Notes: generated by a model from the sequence alone, not told the origin. A stretch of 64,000 bases of DNA from Octopus vulgaris (GCA_951406725.2 OX597817.1:78926001-78990000); one strand, 5' to 3'. Shown: positions 38,325 through 52,329, counted from the first letter of the stretch. Program-made: numbers and translations.

Positions 38325-38520
38325 TTCTACTATAGGCACAGAGACTAGGATTTGAGGGGACAGGGGACAAGCGATCACATCACCCCCCGCACTTGACTGG
38401 TATGTATTTTATTGACCCTGAAAGGATGAAAGGCAAAGTTGACCTTGTAAGAATCGGAACTCAGAACATAGCGACAGACAAAATACCATTAAGCATTTCG
38501 CCCGTCATGCTAACTGACTT
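38325..38520 (-). mobile_element. SINE family A-related copy
   Basis: attgaccctgaaaggatgaaaggcaaagttgacc...aactcagaacatagcgacagac. Confidence 0.7.
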
Positions 38521-38536
38521 GATGATGATGATAATC

Positions 38537-38575
<39 letters not shown>

Positions 38576-39534
38576 TGGGCCCCACCTGCAAGGTCATGGG
38601 CTGTTTATCTTGATATGAAATCACCATGCCATGCACATATGGTTGTGATGCATGTGCCTGGTGTACCCTTATCAGACTGGTAGTCATGATGGGTATACTG
38701 GGCTTCGTATATTTGTACCCCAGTGTCACTTTGATGGTATGCGTTGCTCTGTCATTCAATAATAATCATAATAATCATAATAATAATAATAATAATCATC
38801 ATTATCATCATCGTTATGATGCTGATAATGATAATGATAATAATGATGATGAAACTGTTGATGGTAGTGGTCGTTGTGGTGATAATGAGGATGATAATGA
38901 TGATGATGATGATGATGATGATGATAATAATAATAATGATAGGTAATAAAAAAAATCAAAACAAAACTACTATAAAAATCTTAAAAAATAAATATAGAAG
39001 TCAGCAGGAAATGAAATAAAAAGACAGAAATCTATCACTCACACTGCCACCATCACCATCATCACCACAACCACTTCTGTCACCACCACCACTACCACCA
39101 CCACCACTACCACCAGCAGCAACATCAATGAATAAACACATGTAAGAAAGCTAGAGTGATTCAAGTGTGATAATTAATATCTTGGAATTGCCATTAAAGT
39201 ATTCGATTCAGTTAAATGTGCAACTTTATAGCTGATAGAGTATGCAGCGTTAGGAGATGTGTGTCAGATTGAGAGAATGAGTAAATAATTTGTTTTTTTT
39301 TTTGTTGTTGTTGTTGCTTTTTTTTTTTCGTTTTTTTTTTTTGGAGGGGTTGGGCAGGGATTCATGTCTTAAGAATTATATTCATGAGACAATGAGATAT
39401 TAGACAGTCTCCTCAAATGAGTGAAAAATGAGTTAGAAAAATAAGAAAAAAAGGAAAAAAAGCAACGTTTTCTGAGGGTTGACAAATTTAGAATTTAGAG
39501 GAAAAATAGAGAATATATAGATGCTATATATATA

Positions 39535-39664
<130 letters not shown>

Positions 39665-40034
39665 ATATAGATATATATATATAATGTGTGTGTGTGTACG
39701 TACTTGTGTGTGTAAATCTATGCACACAAACTCACACACACATACACACATAGATACATACATACATACATCAATACATACCTACATATATATATAGATA
39801 GATATACATTATGCCTATATATTCAATATACATATGTATTAACATATGTAAATATATATATGTATGTATGTATGCATGTGTGTGTGTATGTTTGATTAAG
39901 CCCAGGTGTGACTGAGTGGTATGAAGTTTTCTTCCTAAACCACATGGCTCTGGGTTCAGTCCCACTATATGACATCTTGGGCAAATATCTTCTACTATAG
40001 CCTCAAAAGCTTTATGAGTGGATTTGGTAGACAT

Positions 40035-40095
<61 letters not shown>

Positions 40096-40267
40096 ACATA
40101 TACATATATATATACATATATATGTATGTATGTATACATATACATATATATATACATGTACATATACATATAATTTATATATATATATATATAAAATTAT
40201 ATATATACATATACATATATATATATACACAATGTATATATATATATATGCATATACATATATATAC

Positions 40268-40312
<45 letters not shown>

Positions 40313-40589
40313 TACATAGGCACACACACACACATATCTCTTTTGATATTAACCTGCCCACACGAATACTGGTCCTATGACACAACACAAACTTACTGTT
40401 TCTAAATGATCTAAATTAAAACCTTCCATCTCAATTTCACATTAATTTCAATTCCAAACTCCAGTTTAATAATGAAAAATTTATGTTATTAAAATACTTC
40501 ATTATTTTCAAAATATTTTATATTTTTTAATTTCATGCATGTACATTGTTTTTCTCATTTTTTTGATTTTGTTGACTACACAGGATAGT

Positions 40590-41332
40590 AGATCAGTTGG
40601 GCACTGTCTATGAGGAAAACAGCTCTGTGATACAATTCACTCTGCCAGAAATTTGGAAGCAACATGCTGTACTGATTGACATTCATGCCAGAAGCACTAA
40701 TATGAACATTTCAGAGTGTTTGGGTGTCAATTTGCGGACATGTACCAATAGTGATAAAAATCAAACATCCAGTCAACATTATGGTGCTTGAAGTGAACAC
40801 TAGTGATGGTAACGTTATGCCTCCATTCATCTTCCCACAGATGCCTACATTAAGTGCCTGGAGGAAATAGAGCTGCCCTGGACCAAGAGGTTAGCTACTG
40901 GAAGACCCTATATCTGGCAACAGGACTCTGCACTATGTCACACAAGCAGGAGAACCCAGTCATGGCTGTCAGCCTATTTCTGTGACCATATCACTCCTAA
41001 CATCTGGCCACCTAACTCCCCACATTGCAAACCCCTTGATTATTGTGTGGGGTACAGTTGAGTGAGAGACCAACAAAACTCCTTGTAACACTAAAGATGA
41101 ACTGAAGGCAAGGATTATGGCAACCTTGGCCAACTTAAACAAGGAGACTGAGACTGTTCAGAAGAGTTACAGGAAAGACGCTTGAAAGCCATGTTTGAAG
41201 CCATCATGGAATAATTTTACTCTTTAGTATTTCAAGATAATTTTATGTAATTTTGGTTAATATATATGTTAAAATGTCAGTGTTATTTTCATTTTTGCAT
41301 AATTTAGACGACAGTTTATTCACTGAACTCTG
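40590..41332 (+). mobile_element. DD37D (maT-like) Tc1/mariner transposon remnant
   Basis: 40915-41043 reads WQQDSALCH...WPPNSPHCKPLDY with 37 residues between the two Asp; right end ...cactgaactctg-TA. Confidence 0.82.
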
Positions 41333-41443
41333 TATATATATATATATATATATAAATAAATATAATAATAATATGAGAGAATATTATTCCAAACTTACAG
41401 GGAAAAATTTAATTTAGAAATACTAAATCAAATTTCGCAAATA

Positions 41444-41476
<33 letters not shown>

Positions 41477-41699
41477 TTGACATCAACTCTTTTATTCATC
41501 ACAATGATCTGCTCATGTAAAAAGAAGTGGAATTGAATCCATTCATATCTTCGCTACCGTCACTTTTACCACACCACTTATCTTGCCCGCTATGAAACCT
41601 ATATATAAGAGAAAGCATTGTATCCGTTAGTATATGATGTTCTCTTCAAACAAATGTATAACGAATGGGCATATATTTCCTCCAGCGTTAATGAATGTT

Positions 41700-42085
41700 T
41701 TGAGATGTAAGTATTCCCAACAAAAGACAAGATAGTCCTGCTTTGATTGCCTTCGATTCTTGAACATGAAAAAGGCTGGTCTGGAGAGCTTAACAACAAC
41801 AGTAACCTTTTTACATGCATAAACACATATAATGAGTAGATGTGTACTTTGTTCAACAACAATGTAAACCTTGAGCTGTAAATATCCTCACCAAAAGACA
41901 GGATAGTCACGGGTGGAATGCCTTTGATCACTGGACTACTTGATCAGAGCTGACCTGAAGTTTAACAACAACTGTGACAACAGCAATTTTCTTATATGTA
42001 TAGCCATGTGGTTGTGTATTTTTTGTATTTCCTCCAGTTTCAGTGCCAACATTGAGATGTAAACATTCCCCAAAAGATCGTACTT
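41700..42085. repeat. Diverged tandem array, ~170-185 bp period
   Basis: tgagatgtaa...caaaaga recurs at ~41701, ~41872 and ~42054; the first two units contain ttaacaacaac. Confidence 0.55.
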
Positions 42086-42798
42086 AATGCCATCAAGCAT
42101 TTGTAATAAAACTCTTAGATCTGCATACTGTAACTTCTCAAGAGACAACTTAATTTTGATTATTAGCAATTCCAAAAAGGAAATGTATTTCTAAACATAA
42201 TTTTCTTACCAATTTCAAATTCAGCATTAGATAAACCGGCTGCCTTTTCAAATTAGGAATTCACTGACTGTCTTATAATTTAAGGCTTCCACTGAAATAC
42301 AACACCGTTTCTGCCACCCATCACCAATTCAGTTATGGAATCCCTACATTATCAACATTATTTTTCAAATGCTGAAAGAATAAAAAAGAAAAAAAAGAAA
42401 AAATTAAATATTAAATTGGAAATGGTTTGCTGGAATCTAAGTTTCATATTTTACATCAAGCTGCAAATTATTATCATTGTTGTTGTTGCTGCTGCTGTTA
42501 TTTTCATTTCTATTTATTTGTAATTTTAGAATTCTCAGGTACTTCCTCCTTATCCAAACAATTTTGTTTTTTTTTAAAGAAAGGAGGTAAAACTATCAAT
42601 ATATTCTCTACACTTACCCTTATTTCATTATTATTTTTATATTATTATCATCATCATCATCATCATCATTATTGACGAGCTGGCAGAATCATTAGCATAA
42701 TGAACGACATGCTTAGCAGTATTTCACCCCTCGCTATGTTGTGAGTTCAAATTCCACTGAGGTTGACTTTGCCTTTCATCTTTTTGGGGCTATATATA

Positions 42799-43310
42799 CC
42801 AAAAATCCTCGAGTATAATCCGCATTTTTTTCCCAAAATTTAAAGGTCAAAATCCCTGGTGTGTACTATATATGAGGTTAAAAATGAAGGTTATTTTCCA
42901 AGCAATGTCCGAGTCTCTATTTGTTGTCCGGCAATGTTTATTCCGATGCATTTTGTGATGTAGAGTGCAAAAATACCTTAAGCTAAGCCTGAAAGCAATG
43001 AAATCATAAAAGAATCATCCATAACTTGCAATAAGCAACATTTATTAAACGTTATTACCGTTATTTCTTTATTTTCTGCAAACAAAATGCACAAAAAAGC
43101 TACACATTTGCATTATGTTATATATACAATAATAATAAAGGACGTTACCGTATACAGTTTTACAAACCAAAGACGTTATATAGACCTCCTTGACTCAAGT
43201 TAGAGAAGGGGTGCGTATTATACACAAGGTTTAGGTTTTTCAGGAGTACAGCCCCCTAAAAATCCCCTGCAAATTATACTCAAGGGCGGACTATACTCGA
43301 GGGTTTATGG
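42799..43310. mobile_element. pogo/Tigger-like MITE
   Basis: TA-ccaaaaatcctcgagtataatccgc ... gcggactatactcgagggtttatgg-TA; subterminal tgcgtattatac-like repeats; it truncates a SINE A copy at ~42675-42790. Confidence 0.8.
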
Positions 43311-43611
43311 TATGCATGTGTACACACACACATATTAGCAACAGAGGCAGTATTAATACTTAGAGGTAATATTTATCTCCACTTAAAATGTGGACGTTCT
43401 GTTAGAACAAACTATACTGTGGTAAATAACATGAGAGAAACTCTCATATTGGCTTTTAGTGCAAAATGTACACATGTTTATATCACTACAGTCATCCTCT
43501 GTGCCAACACCACCAGATCATGTGATTTCAACCTTCCTTGGCTTTGTAAATGATGGATGCTTAAATGCTGGACATAGTAAATTGCTAAATAAAAAAAAGA
43601 TACATATATAT

Positions 43612-43873
43612 CATCATCATCGTTTAACATCTGCTTTCCATGCTAGCATGGGTTGGACGATTTGACTGAGGTCTGGCAAACCAGATGTCTGCACCAGACT
43701 CCAATCTGATCTGGCAGAGTTTCTACAGCTGGATGCCCCTCCTAATGCCAACCACTCCAAGCGTTTATGTACCACTGGCACAAGGGCCAGTCAAGCGGTA
43801 CTGGCAGTGGCCACTCTCAAATAGTACTTTTTATGTGTCACCTGCACAGGAGCCAGTCCAGCGGCACTGGCAA
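43612..43873 (-). mobile_element. RTE 3'UTR copy, degenerate
   Basis: catcatcgtttaacatctgctttccatgctagcatgggttggacg...ggatgcccctcctaatgccaaccactcc. Confidence 0.8.
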
Positions 43874-43879
43874 TGAGCG

Positions 43880-43966
<87 letters not shown>

Positions 43967-44459
43967 ACATGGCAAATCAACCTATCTCTGCATAGAAAGG
44001 AAAAATGACGAACAGGCTCGATCATTTTCCAAACCTTGTCGGGTTCCCATTTGAAGTATCTACATCAATTTAAGATGTTCCCATAGAAGCAGGTAGCCAA
44101 TATGTTTCTATAGTCAACAAATTCAGTAATTATAAAGAGAGCTGAAGCTTCTAATTTCCATACCATAGTGTGTTTAACACTTTATTAATATCACCAGCCT
44201 GTCATATATGAACTTTAGATTAGGTAAAATATGTTTGCGACATATTTTATTTTCTAAAGGCAAATTCAGTGTAGTTACCATTCAGGAAAAATTGTCTCTT
44301 ATGGTATAAGATGTAAAAACACTAATTCTGCCCAGTGCTTCTCTACATCAGATTCCTAGGTAACTGCATGAATTTGCCTTTAGAAGTTAAAATATGTCAC
44401 ACATATATTAACTAACCTGAACTGCATTATTGCTAATCACTTTTTGGGGCTAATGCCGC

Positions 44460-44495
<36 letters not shown>

Positions 44496-44570
44496 CATAC
44501 ACACATATATATATACATACATACACACATATATATATACATACATACATATACACACACACACACACAC

Positions 44571-44654
<84 letters not shown>

Positions 44655-44761
44655 GAAGAGAGATAATATATATTTATATGTGTGTGTTATCTAACATAGG
44701 GGCTTTATATATATGTTTAAATTATTTATATTATGTATTTTTAAGTATTGAACATATCATT

Positions 44762-45035
44762 AAATCTATTGTATATAAGGCAGAAGTTACTGCAATACTA
44801 AATAATAATACAAGAGATAAGAAGACCTGTATTGGATTTTGTGAAGGAGAATTTAAAAAGCACTATCACATAGCCTCCTTCTAACATAAGGACAAAAACA
44901 AAGCTACTAAGTTGGCTAGCTACGTATGAAGTTTGAAAGAAAACAAAACACCACGTGATTAATTGGAAAATAATTGGGAAATCCATACCCTATGTTAATG
45001 GATTGAATAAATATAGACTTTGTTTAGCTGAAATG
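44762..45035 (+). pseudogene. Penelope-like element GIY-YIG endonuclease remnant
   Basis: SIVYKAEV...KTCIGFCEGEFKKHY...SF*HKDKNKATKLASYV*SLKE...INWKII...PYVNG...RLCLAE matches the IVYKA/YIG/WxI/CxLCLxEK pattern of PLE endonucleases; contains stops and a frameshift. Confidence 0.75.
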
Positions 45036-45483
45036 TGTGTATGTAATACACAAGTATATATACTAAATAATCAGCACTACTACTATTATCATCAACTTCA
45101 CTCTCATATTATATACTTGTGCTCATTAATTTTCTAAGTATTTGAAAGATTTTGCCTATACAGGTTTCGCCTCTTAACAGAAAGGTGGATTATACCATGT
45201 AATATTCTTTTGCTTTTTCCTTTTCTTTACCTATCTATAGATTATTGACTTAACAATTAGAGTCTACCTTAGTTTCTATGTTGCAATGTCCCTTAAGAGT
45301 TTATGCCTATGTACATACAATGTTAGAATATCACCAGTCATATTTTTCCTACGATTATTTATAATGCATGTAGTTGTACACATATTATTCATGTTCATGC
45401 TGTCATGTGAGGCATCATTAATACAATGACAATAGCCTAAATTTTCCGTCTGTGAATACACAGTAAATTATACCGACTGCAAT

Positions 45484-45517
<34 letters not shown>

Positions 45518-45523
45518 TATGAA

Positions 45524-45894
45524 ACATAAATAGCTATTTTAATCTAATTCTGCTCCTGTTGCACATGAGGAATTTTAATTAAGCTAATTGCAACTTCAGT
45601 GACATTTTAATCACTGCTTTCTTTTTTGTTATTATCAATGGATTTTGTCTTAGAATACAGTTGGCTCTATGTACATATTACTGACAAAGCTCAACATGAT
45701 AGAAATGCTCTGCTACAATACCATCAGATGATTTTCATATCCTACTGATGCATTTGAGATTGTTAAAACCAGTAGGTCCATAAGAGATATTATCCTTGGA
45801 CAAATATAGCAGTAAATTTGCCTAACGTAATGTATTTACATTGAATATGATACATAAATGGGCATTTTAATCTAATATTGCTTCTGTTGCACAT
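45524..45894 (+). mobile_element. Old terminally redundant element, 328-bp unit
   Basis: ~43-bp imperfect direct repeat 45524-45566 / 45852-45894 between TA-rich tracts; decayed ccta-CTGATGC...AAAAC...tagg at 45741-45776. Confidence 0.45.
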
Positions 45895-45916
45895 AAAATA
45901 TGTGTGCATTTAAATA

Positions 45917-45948
<32 letters not shown>

Positions 45949-46844
45949 CATATAGACATGAATACACTTTTTGCATACATATACACACACAGTCACACTA
46001 ATACAGACACATACATATATATGTGTATATATATATATATAAATATATGCATATATATATTTATGCATATATATGCATATATATATTTATGCATATATAT
46101 ACATATGTATACATATATATATATGTATACACATACATAAGGTATATGTGTGTATTTATGTGCGTCTCTGTATATACACACACACATGCACACACACACA
46201 CAAACACATACACACACATATATATATATTTATATATACATGCATACACACACATAATTATTTTTTTTATATTTATTATATGGTGGACTGCATGTGTATT
46301 CTCTTGATATTACCAAAGAATTGGAAATATTTTTAGAAAGAGTAAATTGTTCCTGTTAAAAATAAAGAATTCATAGGAAATTAAAGATAAGTTAGCCAGC
46401 ATATATCTCCTGCATTGCATAGATGCATTTTTATGATTTTCTATGTGCATTTGTGAATACATATATCTGTCTCTTCCCCAGTGGATTCGTCTGTGTTAAT
46501 AAGTATTTAGCAGGTATACATATGTGTGTGTGTGTATGTGTGCATCTGGCCGGCATTGTATGAAAAGTGTTTCAGACATGTGTGTATATGTGTGTATGTA
46601 TTATGAGTGTGTGTATGCGTGCATCTCATATGTCATGCATTAATGTTTGTGGTTGCATATGTGCATTCATTGACAAAGAAGTAATATTTTTTGCATCTTT
46701 TTAATGTGCGTGTGTGTGTGCATGAGTGCAAGAATGCATATGTCTATGTATGTGTATGTGTGTGCGAAGTCTATAGCTAAATGGATTAGATTTTTAATAT
46801 ATATATAAATATCTGCACATACATATATACACACACATACGTAC

Positions 46845-46877
<33 letters not shown>

Positions 46878-47894
46878 CGCAAACACACATACATACACAT
46901 ACATATGCACGTACTTTCAGGAATATGTAAGTAGGTATATGCTCATGTAAATCCATATGTGTGTGCAGGTGTGTGTGTGTGTGTGTGCATATGAATTTAT
47001 ATGTATATATGCATGTTTGTGTATATATATACATATATATGCCTATATATGTTTCATATATATGTTGCTGTGTGTATATACATAAGCGTATATGTATGCA
47101 TGCAATTATACATACATATGTATATATGTGGGTATACATTTACACATACATATAAGATATATTTATACACGCACACATATATACTTACATATGTGTGGGT
47201 ACGTATGTGTGGCTATGTGTGTGTGTGTGTATATGTGTGTGCATATACACATGTGTAAGTACGTATATACAAACATACATGCAGAAATGAAATGCATATA
47301 TCTACTCTATATGAAAAAAAATCTATATACATGTAAAGGGATACAAAAGACAAATCAGAAATGAAGATGATATGATATAAATCAATAAATATGAATTTTA
47401 TTTCAAATCAATACACACGCATACATATGTTATATATACATGTAAACATACACCCACATTCATGCAGACAAATGTATGTCGAAAGTAAATTGCTCTACAA
47501 TCCTTAGATTAAACTACATAATGGTTTCAAAGTAATGTCTGGAGATCCATACAAGTACTTTGGTTTGGTTAAACTGTCACTTAACTATGCAAAAATCCCC
47601 AGGATTCTTTGACTATCCTCAGAATAATGTAATTCTGCTTTGAACATATATATACAGAACAGGTCTTCGGACTGCTGGCAATTCAATATCTTGATGCACG
47701 ACTTATCCCTTTTCCTCCACTACCACCACCACTCTCACCATCACTGCCTTTACAACTACAATCATTATCATCATTATCATGTTCATCATCATCATCATTA
47801 TCATCATCATCATCATCCACTTTCTAAGCTGGCATTGGTTGGACACTTTGACAAGATTCATTGGGCCAGAGGAATATCGTAGCTTCAAAACTCA

Positions 47895-48715
47895 AGCTAG
47901 AACATTAAAACTTAGTGTGTATGTACAGCAGAGTTCAAGGTGAATATTTGCCAACTGGCTTCACTCTGCTGTACATGCACCTTAAGTTTTAATGTTCTAG
48001 CTCAATTCTGCTGTTTACAGCAGTGCTTGGAAGGAAGGTGTGTAGCATGTGATCATCGCATTGACCATGATACAGAAAGTTGTTATGGTGATACCTGCTT
48101 AGAAGCCTATGCAAAGCTGCAGAAAGTGTATGGAGAGGAGTGTATGAGCCACACACAAATGTACAAGTGGTTCAGACGTTTCCAAGATGGCGGAAAAATG
48201 TTGATATTGACGAATGTTCTGGGAGACACGAAACCAACAGAACTTAGAAAAACATTGCAGATGTGCATGCAACTGTGTGGGGAAATCGTTGAATCCCCAT
48301 CTGTGAGTTATCACAGGATGTGTAGATTAGTTACAGTTTAGTTCAGCCCATTATCACTGAAGATTTGTATACGAGAGACATGTCTGCCAAGTTTGTGCCA
48401 AAACTGCCTTCAGCTCACCAAACAGACGCTCAGGTTTCAGTTTCATAAGATCTCTTGATTGTGTTGAGAACGAGGAAAACTCTTTGAAAACATTTTGTAG
48501 GCCTCTGAGCAGTTATTGCCAAGCTTTTGGCAAAATTTGATGCAAATTCTCTGCTCATCTTTCTCTGTCATTGTTAATGCAACGGTCACATGCTACACAC
48601 CTTCCTTCCAAGCACTGCTGTAAGCAGCAGAAGTGAGGTAGAATGTTAAATCTTACTGCACATGCACAACAGAGTTCAAGGTCAATTCTATGCCAAGCAG
48701 CTTTACTCTGCATGC
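47895..48715 (+). mobile_element. Mariner-derived non-autonomous element with long inverted ends
   Basis: EAYAKLQKVYGEECMSHTQMYKWFRRFQDG (mariner HTH) and SAKFVPKL (WVPxxL-type motif); ~110-bp inverted repeats at ~47963-48077 / ~48560-48675. Confidence 0.85.
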
Positions 48716-48825
48716 TTTAGCTTCGTTACTATAACAACAGTCCGGATACTTATTGATCAAACCACGTATATGTATGTATATATACACACACATACAAACA
48801 TTCATACATATATACATGGATATCT

Positions 48826-48862
<37 letters not shown>

Positions 48863-48884
48863 CATATAGATTGATAGATAGATA

Positions 48885-49022
48885 GCGACTTTGCGTTTCA
48901 TCCTTTCGGGATCAATTAAATAAGTACCAATTATGCACTGAGGTCGATATAATCGACTTAATCTGTTTGTCTGTCCTTGTTTGTCCCCTCTGTGTGTAGC
49001 CCCTTGTGGGCAGTAAAGAAAT

Positions 49023-49025
<3 letters not shown>
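48885..49025 (+). mobile_element. SINE family A, 3' half
   Basis: cgactttgcgtttcatcctttcggg...gccccttgtgggcagtaaagaaataag. Confidence 0.85.
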
Positions 49026-49062
<37 letters not shown>

Positions 49063-49064
<2 letters not shown>

Positions 49065-50001
49065 TTGTTATATTTCAGAATGGTCATTATTGTTTTTCCG
49101 AATAAACACACTATATTTGTTCATCACTTCAGATACTTTATTTTCCTTACTTTGTCTCAAAATCTTTCATCATACATCGTGTCCTTCTTTAGCAACTTTG
49201 CATTCTACATGGCAACTGCTCTGTTTAGTCCATTCAGCTTTCTATGGTGCATATCGTAATCTGTACGTGTGTTTGCAGCTGTATCTGTGTGTGTGTGTGT
49301 ATGGGTTTGCTTACTATAGTGCATGTTCCATGTCCTTCAGTTTTTTTTTCATTTATGTACTTATCTGTTATCCCTCATTACATCTCAGAAGTGTGTATGT
49401 GTGCCTTTTGTGTGTGTGTGTGTGTGTGTGTGTTTGTATACGTGTTTATGCATTATATTGTTTGTACATGTGTCCTTGCTTCTCTCATTCTGTCTCTAGT
49501 CATTATGTTGTGTAATGTTTAGGCGGGCAGTTATTGTTCCATTTGTATTTTCTGTTGAGGCTCGATCTGTCTATTACTATATGTATGGCCTCTGCAATAA
49601 ATCTTAGTGTTGTGCCTGCTCTTTGTTATTAACTGAGCCTCTATTAATTGAGCATGTTGGTAGAGCACTGACAAGCTTTTCTCCTTGAGCTTCAGCCAGT
49701 ATTCATCTTGCCGCTCACCTATGCTATGTGCTGTCTCCTCAATGTAATTTGTTGTGTTGTTTTTGTTTCTGTACCATCCCTCAGTACACTGCATGCTATA
49801 GACAACATTCCTAATATTACAGTTAATCTGTGGGCTCATCCTACATGCTATACAATTGTTCTTCATACACAGGGTCCTTTTGAATGGCTTTGTTCTACAG
49901 ATTAAGGATTTTATGGGGGTTCCTAGCCTTTCTACTACTTTAATCTGTAGATTTGCTTTATCAAGTGTTTTCCTTGAAAATCTTGGTTTGTTAATGGATT
50001 G
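49063..50001 (-). mobile_element. Penelope-like element 3' remnant (GIY-YIG plus pLTR-like sequence)
   Basis: Minus ORF 49531-49866: CIAC...NCNIRNVVYSMQC...YIEETAHSIGERQDEY (Cys-rich linker plus GIY-YIG pattern); downstream 49063-49130 matches the 18965 family. Confidence 0.78.
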
Positions 50002-50033
50002 GATGTGTATGAAGGTATATATATATATGTATA

Positions 50034-50074
<41 letters not shown>

Positions 50075-50185
50075 ATATATATATATATACTGGAGTAAGC
50101 ACATAAAGCCGAACCAAAGTGGAAAAAATAGTACTTGAATACCAGAGGTAGAGTAATATGCTTTATTGAAAAGCAGCAAAAACTT

Positions 50186-50302
50186 TATCACAAAAACTTT
50201 CACGCTCCCGTTCATTAGAGAGTTTTGTTTCGAATGGGCCATTCTAAACAAAACTATCCAATGAACGGGAACGTGAAACTCTGAGTAACAGATTTTGTGA
50301 TA
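50186..50302. repeat. Fold-back with ~40-bp arms inside a (TA)n-flanked insert
   Basis: Arms 50198-50237 / 50239-50278, extended by tatcacaaaa / ttttgtgata. Confidence 0.85.
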
Positions 50303-50442
50303 TATATATATATGTGTGTGTGTGTACTTCTGTATACATATACCTTCATATTTTTAGGCTCGCACATGTATACAGTACACACGTACATAATCAATTCATT
50401 AACAAACCAAGATTTTCCAGAATCTCATTTATTAGTACATCA

Positions 50443-50490
<48 letters not shown>

Positions 50491-50646
50491 ATATATATAT
50501 ATATATATATTACAATTACAATTTTAAAATTATATTACAATTTGGAAATCTTCAAATTTTTAAATCTTTGGATTTTTTTTTTTAATATGCTAGACTACAG
50601 GTTTAAATTGATGTTAATTGAATGATATCAATTTCTACCCTCATTA

Positions 50647-50686
<40 letters not shown>

Positions 50687-51146
50687 TATACATACCTACA
50701 TACATATACATTATGTATATGCCTATTTATAGCTGGGTGTGTGTATGTACATACACACACATATGTACATATAACAAATACACACACGCATGCCCGTACA
50801 CTCATACATACACACATTTAAGGATAATTGGTTCCAAAATTACAATCAAGGCATAATGACTTGCATCCCAAATGTGTTTTTAAAAATTAATATAATGCAA
50901 ATTATCAATAAATACTTAAACCTATGTAATAAAAGCTATTTTGTAGCTGTTTAATAAGATAATAAATTAGGAACATAAACGAGCAGAAAGATTACATTAA
51001 TAAATGGATAATCTACATGTCAACTAAGTGATCTCCTTCCTATGAAGATGCAAAATTTAAAAGCTAACAGATATTAGAATAAACATTTATATAATATATA
51101 GATATGTGGTACTAAATAGTAAATATCCAAAATAATATGTATAAAT

Positions 51147-51556
51147 TCATCATCATCCCGTTTTCCATGCTAGCATGGGTTGGACGGCTCGGCCGGGGTC
51201 TGGGAAGCCAGGTGGCTGCACCAGTCTCCAACCTGATCTGGCAGTATTTTTACAGCTGGATGCCCTTCCTAACGCCAACCACTGCATGATTGTAGTGGGT
51301 GCTTTTTACGTGTCACCGGCACAGGTGCCAGGGGATGCTGGTAGTTGTCACGATCAGTTGGTGCTTTTTACATGCCACAGGCATGGAATCCAGTCAAGGT
51401 GGCACTAGCATTGGTCACGTTTGGATGGTGCATTTTATGTGCCACTGGCACAGGTGTCACAACTATAATTTCCATTTGATTTTTATTTTGATGTTGATGT
51501 TGATGTACTTGGCTCAATAGGTCCCCTCAAACACAGCAGATTGCCCTACGATCCAA
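51147..51556 (-). mobile_element. RTE 3'UTR copy with three hairpin units
   Basis: Reverse-complement homologue of ~7065-7540. Confidence 0.85.
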
Positions 51557-52011
51557 ATTGAAGAAAGTAATTCATTAAAATGATATTAATGAATCATCAT
51601 CATCGTTATTGTCATTATCATTGTCATTGTCATTTTAACCTCCACATTGCCATGCTCACATGGCTTAGGCAGATTTTGTATGGCTGGATGCCCTTCCTGT
51701 TACCAACCCTAACTTGTTTCTGAGTAAGGTAATATTTTCCCATGGCCAGACATGTTTTCACAGAAGATGGGAAATGAAGGATTCTGTTTGCCTTATATAA
51801 TGCTGACACTCATTTAAAACAATCAGATGATATCAGTTCTCATCTACTAAATTCAGTCTCAGCACTTTGGTCAACTGGGGCTACAGTAGATGACATACGT
51901 CCAAGGTGCCATACTGTGGGGCTGAACCCAATTTCCAGAACCACACATCCAAACAGCCTCATATGCAAATATTGAACAACACATTATAATCATAATAATT
52001 AATAATGTTGT

Positions 52012-52322
52012 GGAGGCGCAATGGCCCAGTGGTTAGGGCAGCGGACTCACAGTCGGAGGATCGTAGTTTTGATTCCCAGACCAGGTGTTGTGTGTGTTTA
52101 TTGAGCGAAAACACCTAAAAGCCCCATGAGGCTCCAGCAGGAGGTGGTGGTGACCCCTGTTGTACTCTTCCACCACAACTTTCTCTTACTTTCTCTTCCT
52201 GTTTCTTGTGTAACGCTGCGATGGACTGGCACCCCGTCCAGCTGGGGGAAACACATACACCACAGAAACTGGGAAACCGGGCCCATGAGCCTGGCTAGTC
52301 TTGAAAAGGGCGACGTTTATCC
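52012..52322 (+). mobile_element. tRNA-derived SINE, family C
   Basis: ggaggcgcaatggcccagtggttagggcagcggactc (A box)...tttgattcccagacc (B-box-like). Confidence 0.85.
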
Positions 52323-52329
52323 TTATTAG

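Noticed and set aside
52012-52085. tRNA gene (also at 55783 and 14696 minus)
   Set aside because: A and B boxes run directly into a SINE body, and no complete cloverleaf could be drawn.
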